The translations under genes and the position numbers were made by a program. A DNA stretch of 63,774 nucleotides, the filler included, from Candidatus Methanoxibalbensis ujae (GTDB lineage Archaea > Halobacteriota > Syntropharchaeia > Alkanophagales > Methanospirareceae): NCBI GenBank assembly GCA_026134085.1. It is 4 parts of 4 records of this genome, joined end to end, with 100 filler letters (N's around TTAATTAATTAA, not from the genome) between each part and the next. Parts side by side here need not be neighbours in the genome. Positions count along the whole stretch, not along the records: positions 1 to 28,911 come from JAOQIN010000022.1; positions 29,012 to 56,449 come from JAOQIN010000023.1; 2 more parts are not named here. One strand, 5' to 3'. The notes beneath the pieces are model-generated. The model was not told the origin of the DNA and searched no databases. It saw nothing but the letters and a program-made list of their open reading frames with translations. This document shows positions 21,901-32,330 of the stretch, in pieces (position 1 is the first letter of the stretch; the number at the start of each line of letters is the position of its first letter).

Positions 21901-22359
21901 CTGCAGAATCGCTCGGCTTGTTGCTTATTGGCGGGCTTATTGGCGGAATACATCCCGACATATCGCCAGAATCTCCGGAGCTCATACTCATAAGCAGTTC
22001 ACGTCATTTGTGAGGTGCACGACCTTGCACTTGATGACCTTCCGCACGCTCACACCTATAGCTTTTATTATGTGTAAATGTGAAAAATCGTGGAAGCCAC
22101 ATCCACCGTAACCGGTGGTCTTCTTGCGGCAAATTTATTGGAGCAGCGACACAGGAGAGAGATAACAAATCAACAGGAAAGATCAAATCAATAGGAGAAA
22201 TGAATGGAAGATCTGAAGCACAGAAGCTCCTCTGCTACGGCACGCTACGGCACGGGATGGAGCAATGCGGGGAGCGGCAATATAATAAGGGATGACATAA
22301 GCATAATAGACATAATAGGGAATTTCAGGAAAGGGATCTCAGGGAGGATGTGAGGAAAA

Positions 22360-22644
22360 ATGAGGATAAGATTGCCGGACGGTCGTGAGGTTGAATCTGA
22401 GCAAGTGGATTTTGAAGTGATAAGGGAGGACTGGAACGAGTACAGGCTTGAAGACGGCACGGTGCTGAAGTTTAAGACAATAGTTACGGACATTATCCGC
22501 ACTGAGGATCACGATCCAACAACGGGAAATCCGATATATCATGTGCGCTCAACGAACATTTTGAGGGTGAAAGTGCCTGAACATCTCAAAAAACTTCCGA
22601 CTAAGAGGAAAGGAGAGGCGCAGGAGAATGTTGAAGTGCGGTGA
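22360..22644 (+). CDS. Small conserved archaeal hypothetical protein
   Basis: 94-aa ORF with GAGG SD; 'EDWNEYRLEDGTVLKFK' natural-looking sequence. Confidence 0.75.
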   Translation: MRIRLPDGREVESEQVDFEVIREDWNEYRLEDGTVLKFKTIVTDIIRTEDHDPTTGNPIYHVRSTNILRVKVPEHLKKLPTKRKGEAQENVEVR

Positions 22645-22808
22645 AGCAGCGACGCTCGCCGCGCTGATCGCAGCACAGAGCCAGCGGACTCTTCGGGAGA
22701 AGGTCTGAGGCATTTGAGCAATGCAGTCCTCAAAAAAACTTTTAATGCGCCTAAAATTAATTTTTATCGTGGGGAAAGTTTAAAAGGTTATATTCTTATA
22801 GACAGAAG

Positions 22809-24071
22809 ATGGGCGGAAAGGGATATCTACCAGAGGAATTATTGAATTTTTTTGAAGATGAAAACGGCAAGACTATACTGGTGAAGGGTCCTCCTGGAAC
22901 AGGAAAGACCATATTTGCGCTGACGTTGTTGAGTATATTGAGAGGAGAGGGCGTCTATCTGTCAACAAGAGTTGATCCCGAGATGCTTTATCTGACATGT
23001 CCCTGGATAAAGGATGAGATATCAGAAAACAACATCGTGGATGCGACGCGCTCCGAGCGCCCATCAGTTAAGCGGACGAAGGCTATAAAGCCTCTTAAAT
23101 ACACTGATGCACCCGAATTCCTGCGGAGTGTGTATGAGCGCACGGAGGAAATGGAGAATCCTGTCGTCATAATAGATTCATGGGATGCAGTTGCTTCATA
23201 CACCGGTTTCTACGAGCCCAAGGACAGGGAGCGACTTGAGCACAATCTCTGCGATTTTGCACGCAAAACAGGCACAAAAATGATTTTCATCGCTGAATAC
23301 ACGGATCAAAGGTCGCTTGATTACCTTGTTGATGGCGTGATTATTGTGGAATACATGCAGGAATCTGACAGAATTCTGAGAAGAATGTTCATTCAAAAGC
23401 TGAGGGGATGTGCGATCCGCAATCCTCTCTCTCTCTTCACGCTCAATGGAGGGGTTTTTAAATCTCTGAAATACGAGCCTCTCAGCGAAAAACTGAGGGA
23501 ATTGAATCTCACAACTCCAGAGCCCATTGAGAGAACTGATGGCGCTGATGATTACGTATCAACAGGTGTGCGGGAGCTTGATAGTCTGTTGGGAGGGTAC
23601 AGATACCTAAACATATTTGAGGGCGATTTCCTTCCTTTCAGAATGCTCGCACAGGCAGCTGCGATTAACTGTCTGAACTCCGGAAAGAGAGTGGGAATAA
23701 GCGCTGTGCACAGTGAAATGCTCGATGAGATAATGCCTTTCGTCAGAGAAGATTTCCGAGAAAATGTCATCGAAGAGAATACGACGAACATGGATTGCAA
23801 TATGATTATTGTTGATATTGATGATATTGATATGAATATGCGCGATTTTTATGCTGATTTGAGAGCTAAAGGGAAAGTGGCACTGTGTTATGCGAGGGAG
23901 AACTCAGCAAAATCTCTTGAGGTGAGGCATATTGCATCAACATTCATACGCACAAAGCGATATATGGGGATTCCATGCATATACGCTGAGACGCCATTCA
24001 CAAAAGTGTATGCGCTTGAGTGGGATGTCTCTGCGGGATTTCCAGCGGTGAGAGCAACACCTATAGAGTGA
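22809..24071 (+). CDS. KaiC/RecA-superfamily P-loop ATPase (GvpD-like) with degenerate second domain
   Basis: KGPPGTGKT, IIDSWDAV, LDYLVDGVI, KLRG; second-domain STGVRELDSLLGG. Confidence 0.8.
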   Translation: MGGKGYLPEELLNFFEDENGKTILVKGPPGTGKTIFALTLLSILRGEGVYLSTRVDPEMLYLTCPWIKDEISENNIVDATRSERPSVKRTKAIKPLKYTDAPEFLRSVYERTEEMENPVVIIDSWDAVASYTGFYEPKDRERLEHNLCDFARKTGTKMIFIAEYTDQRSLDYLVDGVIIVEYMQESDRILRRMFIQKLRGCAIRNPLSLFTLNGGVFKSLKYEPLSEKLRELNLTTPEPIERTDGADDYVSTGVRELDSLLGGYRYLNIFEGDFLPFRMLAQAAAINCLNSGKRVGISAVHSEMLDEIMPFVREDFRENVIEENTTNMDCNMIIVDIDDIDMNMRDFYADLRAKGKVALCYARENSAKSLEVRHIASTFIRTKRYMGIPCIYAETPFTKVYALEWDVSAGFPAVRATPIE

Positions 24072-24239
24072 TTGGTTGGAACGGAAGTGTGTCGGCAGTT
24101 CAGGCGGTTCTCAGTGAGCCGCAGTGAGCAGTGCCACAGCAGTGCCACAGCAGTGCCACAGTGAGCAGCGTGCATAATCAGCCATAATCATAATCCATAA
24201 TATGTCATCGTTATTATAACAGAAGCCAAAATAAGGCAT

Positions 24240-25103
24240 ATGAGTGAGGAGGAGCATCGTGCTGCGGGTGAAGCGCATGCGGAAGGGGCAGAATCACACG
24301 AGGAAGCAGTGAGGAAGAGCATGGAGCATGTGAAGCACAAGGTAATGGTGATAAGCGGGAAAGGTGGTGTCGGTAAGACGACTGTTGCGGTAAATCTCGC
24401 GTTTGCACTCAGCATGCGAGGTCTGGATGTCGGTCTGATGGATGCTGACATTCATGGGCCTGATGTGCCCAAGATGCTGGGCATTGAGGACAGACGACCT
24501 GAAGTGATTGATGGCAGAGTAAATCCCGTGCATGCGACACCCCGTCTCAAAACAATTTCGATCGCTTATTTCCTGCCTGACAGGAATGCCGCGGTCATAT
24601 GGCGAGGACCTTTGAAAATGCATGCAATTCGTCAGTTCCTCTCAGATGTGAACTGGGGAGAACTTGATTATCTCGTGATAGACCTGCCGCCTGGCACGGG
24701 AGATGAGCCTTTGAGTGTCGCACAGCTCATTAAAAATGTTGATGGCGCTGTAATCGTGACAACTCCGCAGGAAATGTCGCTGCTTGATGTGCGTAAGGCT
24801 GTGAAGTTCTCTCAGGTGCTCGGAATTCCAGTGATAGGTATAGTTGAGAACATGAGTGGTATGATCTGTCCACACTGCGGAAAGGAGATAAATATATTCA
24901 AAAAGGGAGGGGGAGAACGAGCAGCCCGTGAGATGGGAGTTCCTTTCCTCGGCAGCGTGCCATTTGACACTCGTGTGGTTGAGGATGCTGATGCTGGCGT
25001 CCCGTTCATGCTCAGAAACACAAATGTGAAAGATTCATTTGAGAAAATTGTTGAGAAAATCAGAAACTTCGTCGAACGAAGACAGACAACACAGACAACA
25101 TGA
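24240..25103 (+). CDS. Mrp/NBP35 Fe-S cluster carrier ATPase
   Basis: [39 protein letters not shown]. Confidence 0.94.
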   Translation: MSEEEHRAAGEAHAEGAESHEEAVRKSMEHVKHKVMVISGKGGVGKTTVAVNLAFALSMRGLDVGLMDADIHGPDVPKMLGIEDRRPEVIDGRVNPVHATPRLKTISIAYFLPDRNAAVIWRGPLKMHAIRQFLSDVNWGELDYLVIDLPPGTGDEPLSVAQLIKNVDGAVIVTTPQEMSLLDVRKAVKFSQVLGIPVIGIVENMSGMICPHCGKEINIFKKGGGERAAREMGVPFLGSVPFDTRVVEDADAGVPFMLRNTNVKDSFEKIVEKIRNFVERRQTTQTT

Positions 25104-25531
25104 CAGTCTGCATAGTCTGAAAGTCAGAGAAGAGCGTGGAAGCAGAAGCGATGCAGAAGCGATGGGAGTGATCCTGTGCCATTGCTGTGGAATCGGATCG
25201 TTGGAACCACCGAGATCGTCGTTACCCAGCGTTGGATATGAGCAACCAGCATATGCAGGGAACCTGTGCTGCTTTATCTCCCACGGGCAGGCCCATTTCC
25301 TCTCCTGGCTTAAACTGCTTATTGCTTTTGCGGATTTGCCATATTTCGTGCAAATCTACATGAGGATTTGTGTGTTAACTCTGGATTTTGGGGAGTTCTG
25401 GCAGGGCATGTCCGCCTGTGTCCGCCTGTTCTCATAGGGAGCGTATGCACATAATATAACCTCCGCAGGAGGAGTCGTGGAGAGGGATGGGAGATAAGAG
25501 AACATGATATTATGATTGAGGGGAGAGGAAT

Positions 25532-26515
25532 ATGACGGTGCTCAGGATAACATTTCTGGGAACAGCTGGCTCTGTGCCGACACCTGAACGGAACCCGTCA
25601 GCAATTGTCATCAGGCGGGAAGCTGATCTCTTCATGTTTGACTGCGGAGAAGGCGCTCAACAGCAGATGATGCGTGCCAAAACAGGTATGAAAATATCAG
25701 CAATATTCATCACTCACTTCCACGCTGACCATGTGCTCGGCATTCCTGGGTTGATTCAGACACTTTCAATGCAGGGCAGGCAGGAACCTCTTGAGATATA
25801 CGGACCGAAAGGCGTGAAAAGATTTCTGTATCATCTGCTGTCCCTTGGATATGGTGGTAAATTTGAAGTGAAAGCGATTGAACTCAATCCAGGTGATGTC
25901 GTCAGGCGGGACGGATATGTAATAAAGGCATTCAAAACGCTGCATAATGTCCGCAGCATAGGCTATGTGCTTGAGGAGGACATGCGTCCGGGAAAATTCA
26001 ACAGGGAGCGTGCGATAGCGTTGGGTCTGAAACCGGGACCGCTCTTCTCAAAACTGCAGCACGGAGAGAGCGTATTCGTTGATGGTCGTGAGATACGCCC
26101 GGAAGATGTGCTCGGTCCTCCTCGTCCAGGTCGCAAAATCGTGTATACAGGAGACACAAGACCTTCAGAGAGCATTGTGGAATCAGCTAAAAACGCAGAC
26201 ATCCTCATTCACGATGGCACGATGTCAGAGGAGGAGAAGGAACAGGCAATTGAATATATGCATTCAACAGCCTCTGAAGCCGCAGAGATCGCAAAGCGTG
26301 CGAATGTTCGCAGACTCATATTGACGCATATCAGCGCGAGATACTCAGATGAAAACGGCGTGCAGAAACTTGAGGAAGAGGCGAAAAAGATATTTGAAAA
26401 TGTTGAGATCGCGAGGGATCTTATGACACTGGATGTGAGATACAGAGATGGAGATAACAGAGACGGAGATGAAGATGAAGATGAAGACGAAAAAATGAAA
26501 AAGACTGAGAGCTAA
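25532..26515 (+). CDS. rnz: Ribonuclease Z
   Basis: FLGTAGSVPT, FDCGEGAQ, THFHADHVLG, GP exosite, YTGDT, HST, LTHISARY. Confidence 0.95.
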   Translation: MTVLRITFLGTAGSVPTPERNPSAIVIRREADLFMFDCGEGAQQQMMRAKTGMKISAIFITHFHADHVLGIPGLIQTLSMQGRQEPLEIYGPKGVKRFLYHLLSLGYGGKFEVKAIELNPGDVVRRDGYVIKAFKTLHNVRSIGYVLEEDMRPGKFNRERAIALGLKPGPLFSKLQHGESVFVDGREIRPEDVLGPPRPGRKIVYTGDTRPSESIVESAKNADILIHDGTMSEEEKEQAIEYMHSTASEAAEIAKRANVRRLILTHISARYSDENGVQKLEEEAKKIFENVEIARDLMTLDVRYRDGDNRDGDEDEDEDEKMKKTES

Positions 26516-26755
26516 GCGTCATTTTTTATTTGTTTATGTATTTATTGTATTATTTATGCTTTATTATGCCAACAGCACAGCGGTCAATTTCATCAAAATG
26601 TGCGGAATCAATGTGCACGGAGTGAGGATTCGGTGCACAAACAACAAATCAATTGGCGTCAGGGACTGAGGAAGCACAGATCACAGCACAGGTCACTAGA
26701 TGCTGTCGTGCATTTTTCACTCTGGCATCTTTCGCTCTACATCGGAGCTTCCATA

Positions 26756-26827
26756 TGCCCCAGCTGGGAATCGAACCCAGGTCTTGGGCTCCGCAGGCCC
26801 AAGGGATATCCACTACCACACTGGGGC
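26756..26827 (-). tRNA. tRNA-Arg(GCG)
   Basis: Minus strand GCCCCAG...TGGGC-CTGCGGA-GCCCA...CTGGG-TTCGATT-CCCAG-CTGGGGC-A cloverleaf. Confidence 0.96.
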
Positions 26828-26871
26828 TCCAGTTATCAATTACTTTTTCATAAAAAAAATAGCGTGCGCTA

Positions 26872-28119
26872 TCAGCGGAATCCTCGCTGTTCTGCTATCT
26901 CCCTTGTTCTTCCTATGATCACAAATTCAGCTCTCTTCAAATGCTCGACTGTGGTGCATCCTGTCAGAAACATTGCGATTTTCAGCTGCATGACAATCTC
27001 ACGCACTCTCTCACACACGCGATCAACAGCTTCCTCTATGATCTCCTCTGATTTCAATGCGCTCATGTCAATTCTTCTTTCGCTTCTTTTGCCCGCTCCT
27101 TCTGCGATTGTGTTTATATCACTCACACGCATATCTCTCCCACGCATATCGCTCTCACTCATATCTTCATCTCTCATCATATCTCTCATATCACCCGCAT
27201 CATGGGGATGCGTGTCTGCTGAGTCAAATATTGCTTTCAGGAATGGCTGTGCCGCGCTGCATATATCGGCTCCCACGGCTATGCATTTTGCAATATCGAG
27301 CCCGCTCCTTATGCCGCCTGTTGCTATTATTTTCACAGGCATGTTTTTGCATTCAAGTATGCTTTCAATTGTTGAGATGCCCCAATCCATGAATGTGCTG
27401 CCAAGTTTCTCAAGCATTCTGTCGCCTTCTGCACGACACATCTCAGCGATGACGAGGTTTGTGCCGTCATTACCGCCAACATCAATTGCGTGAACGCCAG
27501 CATTGTGCAGTTTTCGTGCCACTTCATATGAGATTCCTCCACCCGTCTCCTTGACTATAACTGGCTTTTTAAGCGATTCACAGACTTCTCTTATCACCGC
27601 GAGGCATCCTCTCCCGTCCAATTCTCCTTCCGGCTGGACTGCTTCCTGCAGAAAATTCAGATGAACGGCGAGCGCATCCGCATCCACCATTTCCACAACA
27701 CGCTCAGCAACCTCAACACCGAGGTCACGAATCTGAACGACGCCTATGTTCGCATATACGAAGGCATGAGGCGCATAGTCACGGACAACGCTGAAGGAAT
27801 CCTCGTTGCGAGCATCCTCCAATGCAGCACGCTGCGAGCCAACGCCTATGCCTATTCCCATCCTCTCAGCAGCTGAGGCGAGTATGCGGTTTATCACCTT
27901 TGTTTCAGGATGACCTCCCGTCATTGATGCGATCATGAGGGGATATCTGAAAGAGAATCCGAGAAAATTCACACGCATGTCTATATCCTCCTCATATATC
28001 TCAGGCAACGCATTGTGTATCAGTATCACATCATCAATGCTGCGGTGCACACGGCGCTCAACATCTTCCTCCACGCATATCCTCAGCTGCTCTATCTTTC
28101 GCTGTGAAGTTTTCCCCAT
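26872..28119 (-). CDS. fni: Type 2 isopentenyl-diphosphate delta-isomerase with an insert near the C-terminus
   Basis: Start placed at MGKTSQRK; MTGG, GVGSQRAAL, HLNFLQEAVQPEG, VIVKETGGG, ATGGIRSGLDIAK. Confidence 0.93.
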   Translation of the reverse strand: MGKTSQRKIEQLRICVEEDVERRVHRSIDDVILIHNALPEIYEEDIDMRVNFLGFSFRYPLMIASMTGGHPETKVINRILASAAERMGIGIGVGSQRAALEDARNEDSFSVVRDYAPHAFVYANIGVVQIRDLGVEVAERVVEMVDADALAVHLNFLQEAVQPEGELDGRGCLAVIREVCESLKKPVIVKETGGGISYEVARKLHNAGVHAIDVGGNDGTNLVIAEMCRAEGDRMLEKLGSTFMDWGISTIESILECKNMPVKIIATGGIRSGLDIAKCIAVGADICSAAQPFLKAIFDSADTHPHDAGDMRDMMRDEDMSESDMRGRDMRVSDINTIAEGAGKRSERRIDMSALKSEEIIEEAVDRVCERVREIVMQLKIAMFLTGCTTVEHLKRAEFVIIGRTREIAEQRGFR

Positions 28120-28537
28120 CCTCCGCCTCTTTTTCATCAGAAAATGAAAGAACGCGTGAAAATGAAAAATGTTTGCTGTCTGCACGCAGTGAGTTGTGGA
28201 CTTTTTCACGGCATGCAGATTCTGAGAGAGGGACGAGGTGGAATGAAGCAGAAGGACGGGGCAGAAGGAACCACTGTGCGAGGTGATCCCCACTCGCTGC
28301 TCGCTGACGCGCCATGAGCGAGATTTAGAGCAGGTGCGGAGGTGCCTCATGCGAGGCGTGTTGAGGACGCTGTCGTGTTTGTTGAATAAAAAAGAGCAGC
28401 ATCCGAAACAACTCTCTTACGGGGCAAAAGTCGCTTCTTGAACTCGCAGACAAGCCTCAAAAAATAGATAGATTTGTGGAGATCATGCGACATTTCGGCA
28501 TTTCATCCGTGCTTCTCTCTCTTGCTCTCGCATCCTT

Positions 28538-28911
28538 TCATGACCAGAGCATAATAGCAGGAATCCAGTCATTATACTTATTTCCGTTTGCATCAATGAA
28601 TTCAGTGCAGTTTATCCATCCATTTTCTGTTTTCAGTGAAGATGTGTGATGAATCTGCGGATAGGAGCCCGTCACTATTGTTATATTGTATGTCTCATAA
28701 GGCATCAATACGACAGTTCTGTTGAAGGGGATGTTCATCCAGTCACCTTCGTATCCGCTCCATGATGCTTCAGCACACCATGTTGAGTTGCATATAAGAG
28801 CATGTTCAGTGTGACCGCCTGTCCCTTCACATGCATATGTGTATAATTTAGTCGCTATTATCTTCGTATTTGTTTTTATTGTTCCTACAAATTTCCCTGA
28901 AATGCTCGGAT
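28538..28911 (-). CDS. 3' fragment (contig edge) of a secreted protein ending in the conserved 'PSI.G...GTGGH...GSYPQI.H...WIPA..L' domain
   Basis: Open frame from the contig edge to the stop at 28538; homologous to the C-terminus of the 45137-48799 ORF. Confidence 0.8.
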
Positions 28912-29011
28912 NNNNNNNNNNNNNNNNNNNNNNNNNNNNNNNNNNNNNNNNNNNNTTAATTAATTAANNNNNNNNNNNNNNNNNNNNNNNNNNNNNNNNN
29001 NNNNNNNNNNN
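28912..29011. other. Artificial contig linker
   Basis: N-run, TTAATTAATTAA (stops in six frames), N-run; 100 nt. Confidence 0.98.
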
Positions 29012-29271
29012 CCTATGTATTGCTTCTGCTCGACGAGGTGCACCTTGAATCCCGCATCAGCAATGCCGAGTGCTGCATACATGCCTGTGATGCCAGCACC
29101 TATGACAAGCGCTTCAGGGACGACATCAACATCCTTCTCCTCAACTTCGCCGAGATATGCCCTCTCCACAGCTTCATGTATCTCAGCCATCTTTTCCTTC
29201 GCGAAATCCACAACCTCACCAGCAGGTTCCTCTACCTCCTCTGTTGCTTCCTTCCCTCCCTCAACAGCCAT
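29012..29271 (-). CDS. hdrA: 5' fragment (contig edge) of a heterodisulfide reductase subunit A-like flavoprotein
   Basis: 'VVPEALVIGAGITGMYAALGIADAGFKVHLVEQKQYIG' is the HdrA FAD-binding segment; GGAGGTGA SD. Confidence 0.75.
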
Positions 29272-29919
29272 TATTTCACCTCCTTCCCCTTCCTATGGAA
29301 TCCCGCCCATATTAAACTTTTTCCATTTTTCCCTCTTTCAATCAATTCTCACACTCCGCATGATCACCCACACTCCGCATGATCACTCACACTCCGCATG
29401 AACACCCCACCATAATGTCATTGTCCTGTGAAACGGCAGGTTTAAATCCCGGCAGGTTTGACTGCAGACCTCCTGCCGGGCACTTCTCCCATTTCCCCAT
29501 TTCCCCAAAATGGAAGAAATCACAGCAGCCCAGCGGTCCTCTATCTGTTCCTCTCTTCCACTCATCATATGAGGAGACTCGGGGTTCAGAGAGAGGCCTG
29601 AAAGTCTGAGAAAATCCTCAAACTTCATCCAATACATCCAACTCCTCAGGAATCAATGGCATCAGGAATCAATGGCATCATGATCATGGCGAGCGCACGG
29701 GAGAGACTGCTGTATATATATGAGCGTGGCTATATGTGAGAGAAGAGAGGAAAAGGAGAGAAAAAGGAAGAGCAAAAGAAAAAGAATAGAATAAAAAGAG
29801 AAGAGAAGATGGAGGTGCAGGAGGGCGCAATTAGAGTGCGTGGAATGTGAGAGGAAACGAGACGGGAAAGTAACAGTAAAAGAAAAATATAAGAGAAGGG
29901 AAAGGTGCAGTGGGAGTAG

Positions 29920-30570
29920 ATGTATATAATCATTGTGGGTTTGGGAGGAATAGGAAAAAATCTTGTTGAAATAGCCGTAAAAGACAAGAACGATGTGGTT
30001 GTCATAGACAGAGATGAGAAGAGATGTGCAGAGATCGCATCAAAATATGATGTTCTGACAATTGTCGGTGACGCTACACAGCGAGAGACTTTGCTTGACG
30101 CAGGTGCCGAGACAGCAGATGCACTGATCGCGACAACATCAGACGATTCTGCAAACCTCATGATATCTCTCACAGCAAAGGAGCTCGGAACAAAGAATGT
30201 CGCAACTGTCGTGAATCAGGAGGAACATGTGGAAATGTTCAAGAAGGAGGGAGTTTCTCTGCTTGAAAGCCCTGATAAAATCATCGCAACTCACTTATAC
30301 ATGCTCCTCAGAAGACCTCGCATAAAGTGTTTCCTCAGCATAGGAGGAGGAAAGGCAGAGGTGTTTGAGATAGCAGTTTCAGGAAAATCATCAGTGCTGG
30401 GAAAAAAAATATCAGAGATAAATCTGAAGGATGGAATAATTGTAGCAATAGAGCGGAATGGAGACATAATACTGCCAAAAAAAGACACAGTATTGCGTGA
30501 AGGAGATTTATTGACTGTTTTTGCCGAGTCAAAGGCTGTTGAAAAAATAAGCGCTATTTTCTCACCGTGA
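29920..30570 (+). CDS. trkA: Trk potassium uptake NAD-binding subunit
   Basis: IIIVGLGGIG Rossmann motif, GDAT, TrkA-C domain. Confidence 0.92.
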   Translation: MYIIIVGLGGIGKNLVEIAVKDKNDVVVIDRDEKRCAEIASKYDVLTIVGDATQRETLLDAGAETADALIATTSDDSANLMISLTAKELGTKNVATVVNQEEHVEMFKKEGVSLLESPDKIIATHLYMLLRRPRIKCFLSIGGGKAEVFEIAVSGKSSVLGKKISEINLKDGIIVAIERNGDIILPKKDTVLREGDLLTVFAESKAVEKISAIFSP

Positions 30571-30703
30571 GCGCACTCTCAGTTCAACCTCAGTTCCTCA
30601 TCATTCAATCTCCATCGCACATCACCACCACACATCATAATCATAAAAATAAAATCATGACCTCAATCATAACCTCAATTATATCGTCTCATCAATGTGA
30701 GTT

Positions 30704-32191
30704 GTGATGCGGTTTCCGAATCTGAGAGTGCTGTTGAGGGACATAGGTGGCATTCTGAATGTATTGGGCATTGTGATGCTGGTTCCGGCGATTGTTGCAT
30801 ATTTTTTCAAAGATTTCGTCGCGTTTGAACACTTTTTAATAACAGCTATCTGCACATTGACAGCTGGGATAGTCCTCCGTTGCATTTTCAAGCGCTCATA
30901 TGACACTGAATTGAAACATGCTATGGTGTGTGCAGCGCTTTCCTGGCTTATTGTGTCCGCGATAAGCGCGCATATATTTGTTGTTGTTGGAGGATTTGGC
31001 TGGATTGATGCCTTTTTTGAATCCATGTCCGGATGGACTGGCACGGGTCTTACTGTCACGCATCCTTCAAGTCTAACGAAGACACTGCAGTTCTGGAGGA
31101 GCATGATGCAGTGGCTCGGCGGCGTAGGTGTGATTGTGCTCATGGTTTCCATACTTGGTCGTCGTCCCGGGACCGGTGCGTATGCGCTGTACAGGGCAGA
31201 AGCGCGTGAGGAAAAAATAAAGCCAAGTGTGATCTCAACCGTGCAGACAATATGGTGGATATATCTGCTCTTCACGATCATCGGCATTTTTATATTGAAA
31301 TCAGCGGGAATGAGCCTCTGGGAATCGATAAATCATGCGATGACTGCGATAGGCACCGGAGGATTCACTATCACTGACGGGAGCATCTCGTATTATGACA
31401 ACACGATCATAGAAATTGTGATAGTGCCTTTGATGATAGCGGGAGCGATTTCATTCCTGGTGCACTACAGGTTTATGACGGGTGTTCTTCCTTTCCGGAG
31501 GAAGAGAGGGGATGCTCGTGCCTATTTCGTTGATATGCAGTGCAGAACTTTCTTTCTGATCCTTCTCATACTTGTTGTCGCAGTAGTGGGTGCAAACATT
31601 TTTTATTACGGAAATATCATTGAATCGCTGCGCTTCTCCTCATTTCAGACAATATCTGCGCTCACATGCACGGGCTTCCAGACTGAGATGAGGATATATG
31701 AGTGGTCGGAATCTGCGAAGTTGTTACTTGCATTTGCAATGATCCTGGGGGGTTGCGCAGGTTCGACTGCAGGTGGCGTGAAGATATGGCGACTGATGAT
31801 AATATATAAAGGAATATCAGATGCAATACATCGCACATTCGTGCCGAGAAGAGCAATTATATCACACAGGCTTGGAGACAGGGTGCTTGATGATGATGTG
31901 ATGAACAAAATCCTGTCAGAGGCTGCGATACTCATATTGATGTGGCTGTTCTTCATATTCATAGGGATTATCGTGCTGTCTTTTGTTGTTCCTGAGTACA
32001 CACTCTCAGACATAATATTTGAGGTGTGCTCAGCGCAGGGAAATGTCGGCCTGTCAACAGGAATCTCAGGCTCATCTCTTCATCCCGCAGGAAAAATTAT
32101 GCTCATCCTGAATATGTATGTCGGACGCCTTGAGATCATACCTGTCCTCATGCTGCTCCGCTCGCTTATCAAAGGATTCAAGCCTCTTTAG
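30704..32191 (+). CDS. trkH: Trk potassium uptake membrane subunit
   Basis: FESMSGWTGTG, QWLGGVG, TGGF, GGCAGSTAGGVK, SAQGNVGLS, GRLEI. Confidence 0.94.
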   Translation: MMRFPNLRVLLRDIGGILNVLGIVMLVPAIVAYFFKDFVAFEHFLITAICTLTAGIVLRCIFKRSYDTELKHAMVCAALSWLIVSAISAHIFVVVGGFGWIDAFFESMSGWTGTGLTVTHPSSLTKTLQFWRSMMQWLGGVGVIVLMVSILGRRPGTGAYALYRAEAREEKIKPSVISTVQTIWWIYLLFTIIGIFILKSAGMSLWESINHAMTAIGTGGFTITDGSISYYDNTIIEIVIVPLMIAGAISFLVHYRFMTGVLPFRRKRGDARAYFVDMQCRTFFLILLILVVAVVGANIFYYGNIIESLRFSSFQTISALTCTGFQTEMRIYEWSESAKLLLAFAMILGGCAGSTAGGVKIWRLMIIYKGISDAIHRTFVPRRAIISHRLGDRVLDDDVMNKILSEAAILILMWLFFIFIGIIVLSFVVPEYTLSDIIFEVCSAQGNVGLSTGISGSSLHPAGKIMLILNMYVGRLEIIPVLMLLRSLIKGFKPL

Positions 32192-32330
32192 ATTGATATT
32201 TAGATTGATAAGAGGATAAGAGAGGATGATAAGAGGCGATGAGGAGACGATGAGAGAAGACGATGAGAAGACAATGAGAACGAAGGAAACAATGAGCACG
32301 ATGGGAAGGTGGAAGGATGAGGTGGTGATG

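Noticed and set aside
28120..28350. N-terminal extension of the 492-aa fni ORF
   Set aside because: Family similarity begins at MGKTSQRK (28119), preceded by a GGAGG SD; the upstream part is non-coding read-through.
28912..29011. TTAATTAATTAA palindromic motif flanked by Ns (also at 56450 and 61340)
   Set aside because: Identical 100-nt artificial contig spacer with six-frame stops; not biological.
29350..29401. Triple 19-nt repeat as a mini CRISPR array
   Set aside because: Units are contiguous with no spacers; it is a tandem duplication. No CRISPR array or cas gene seen in the window.
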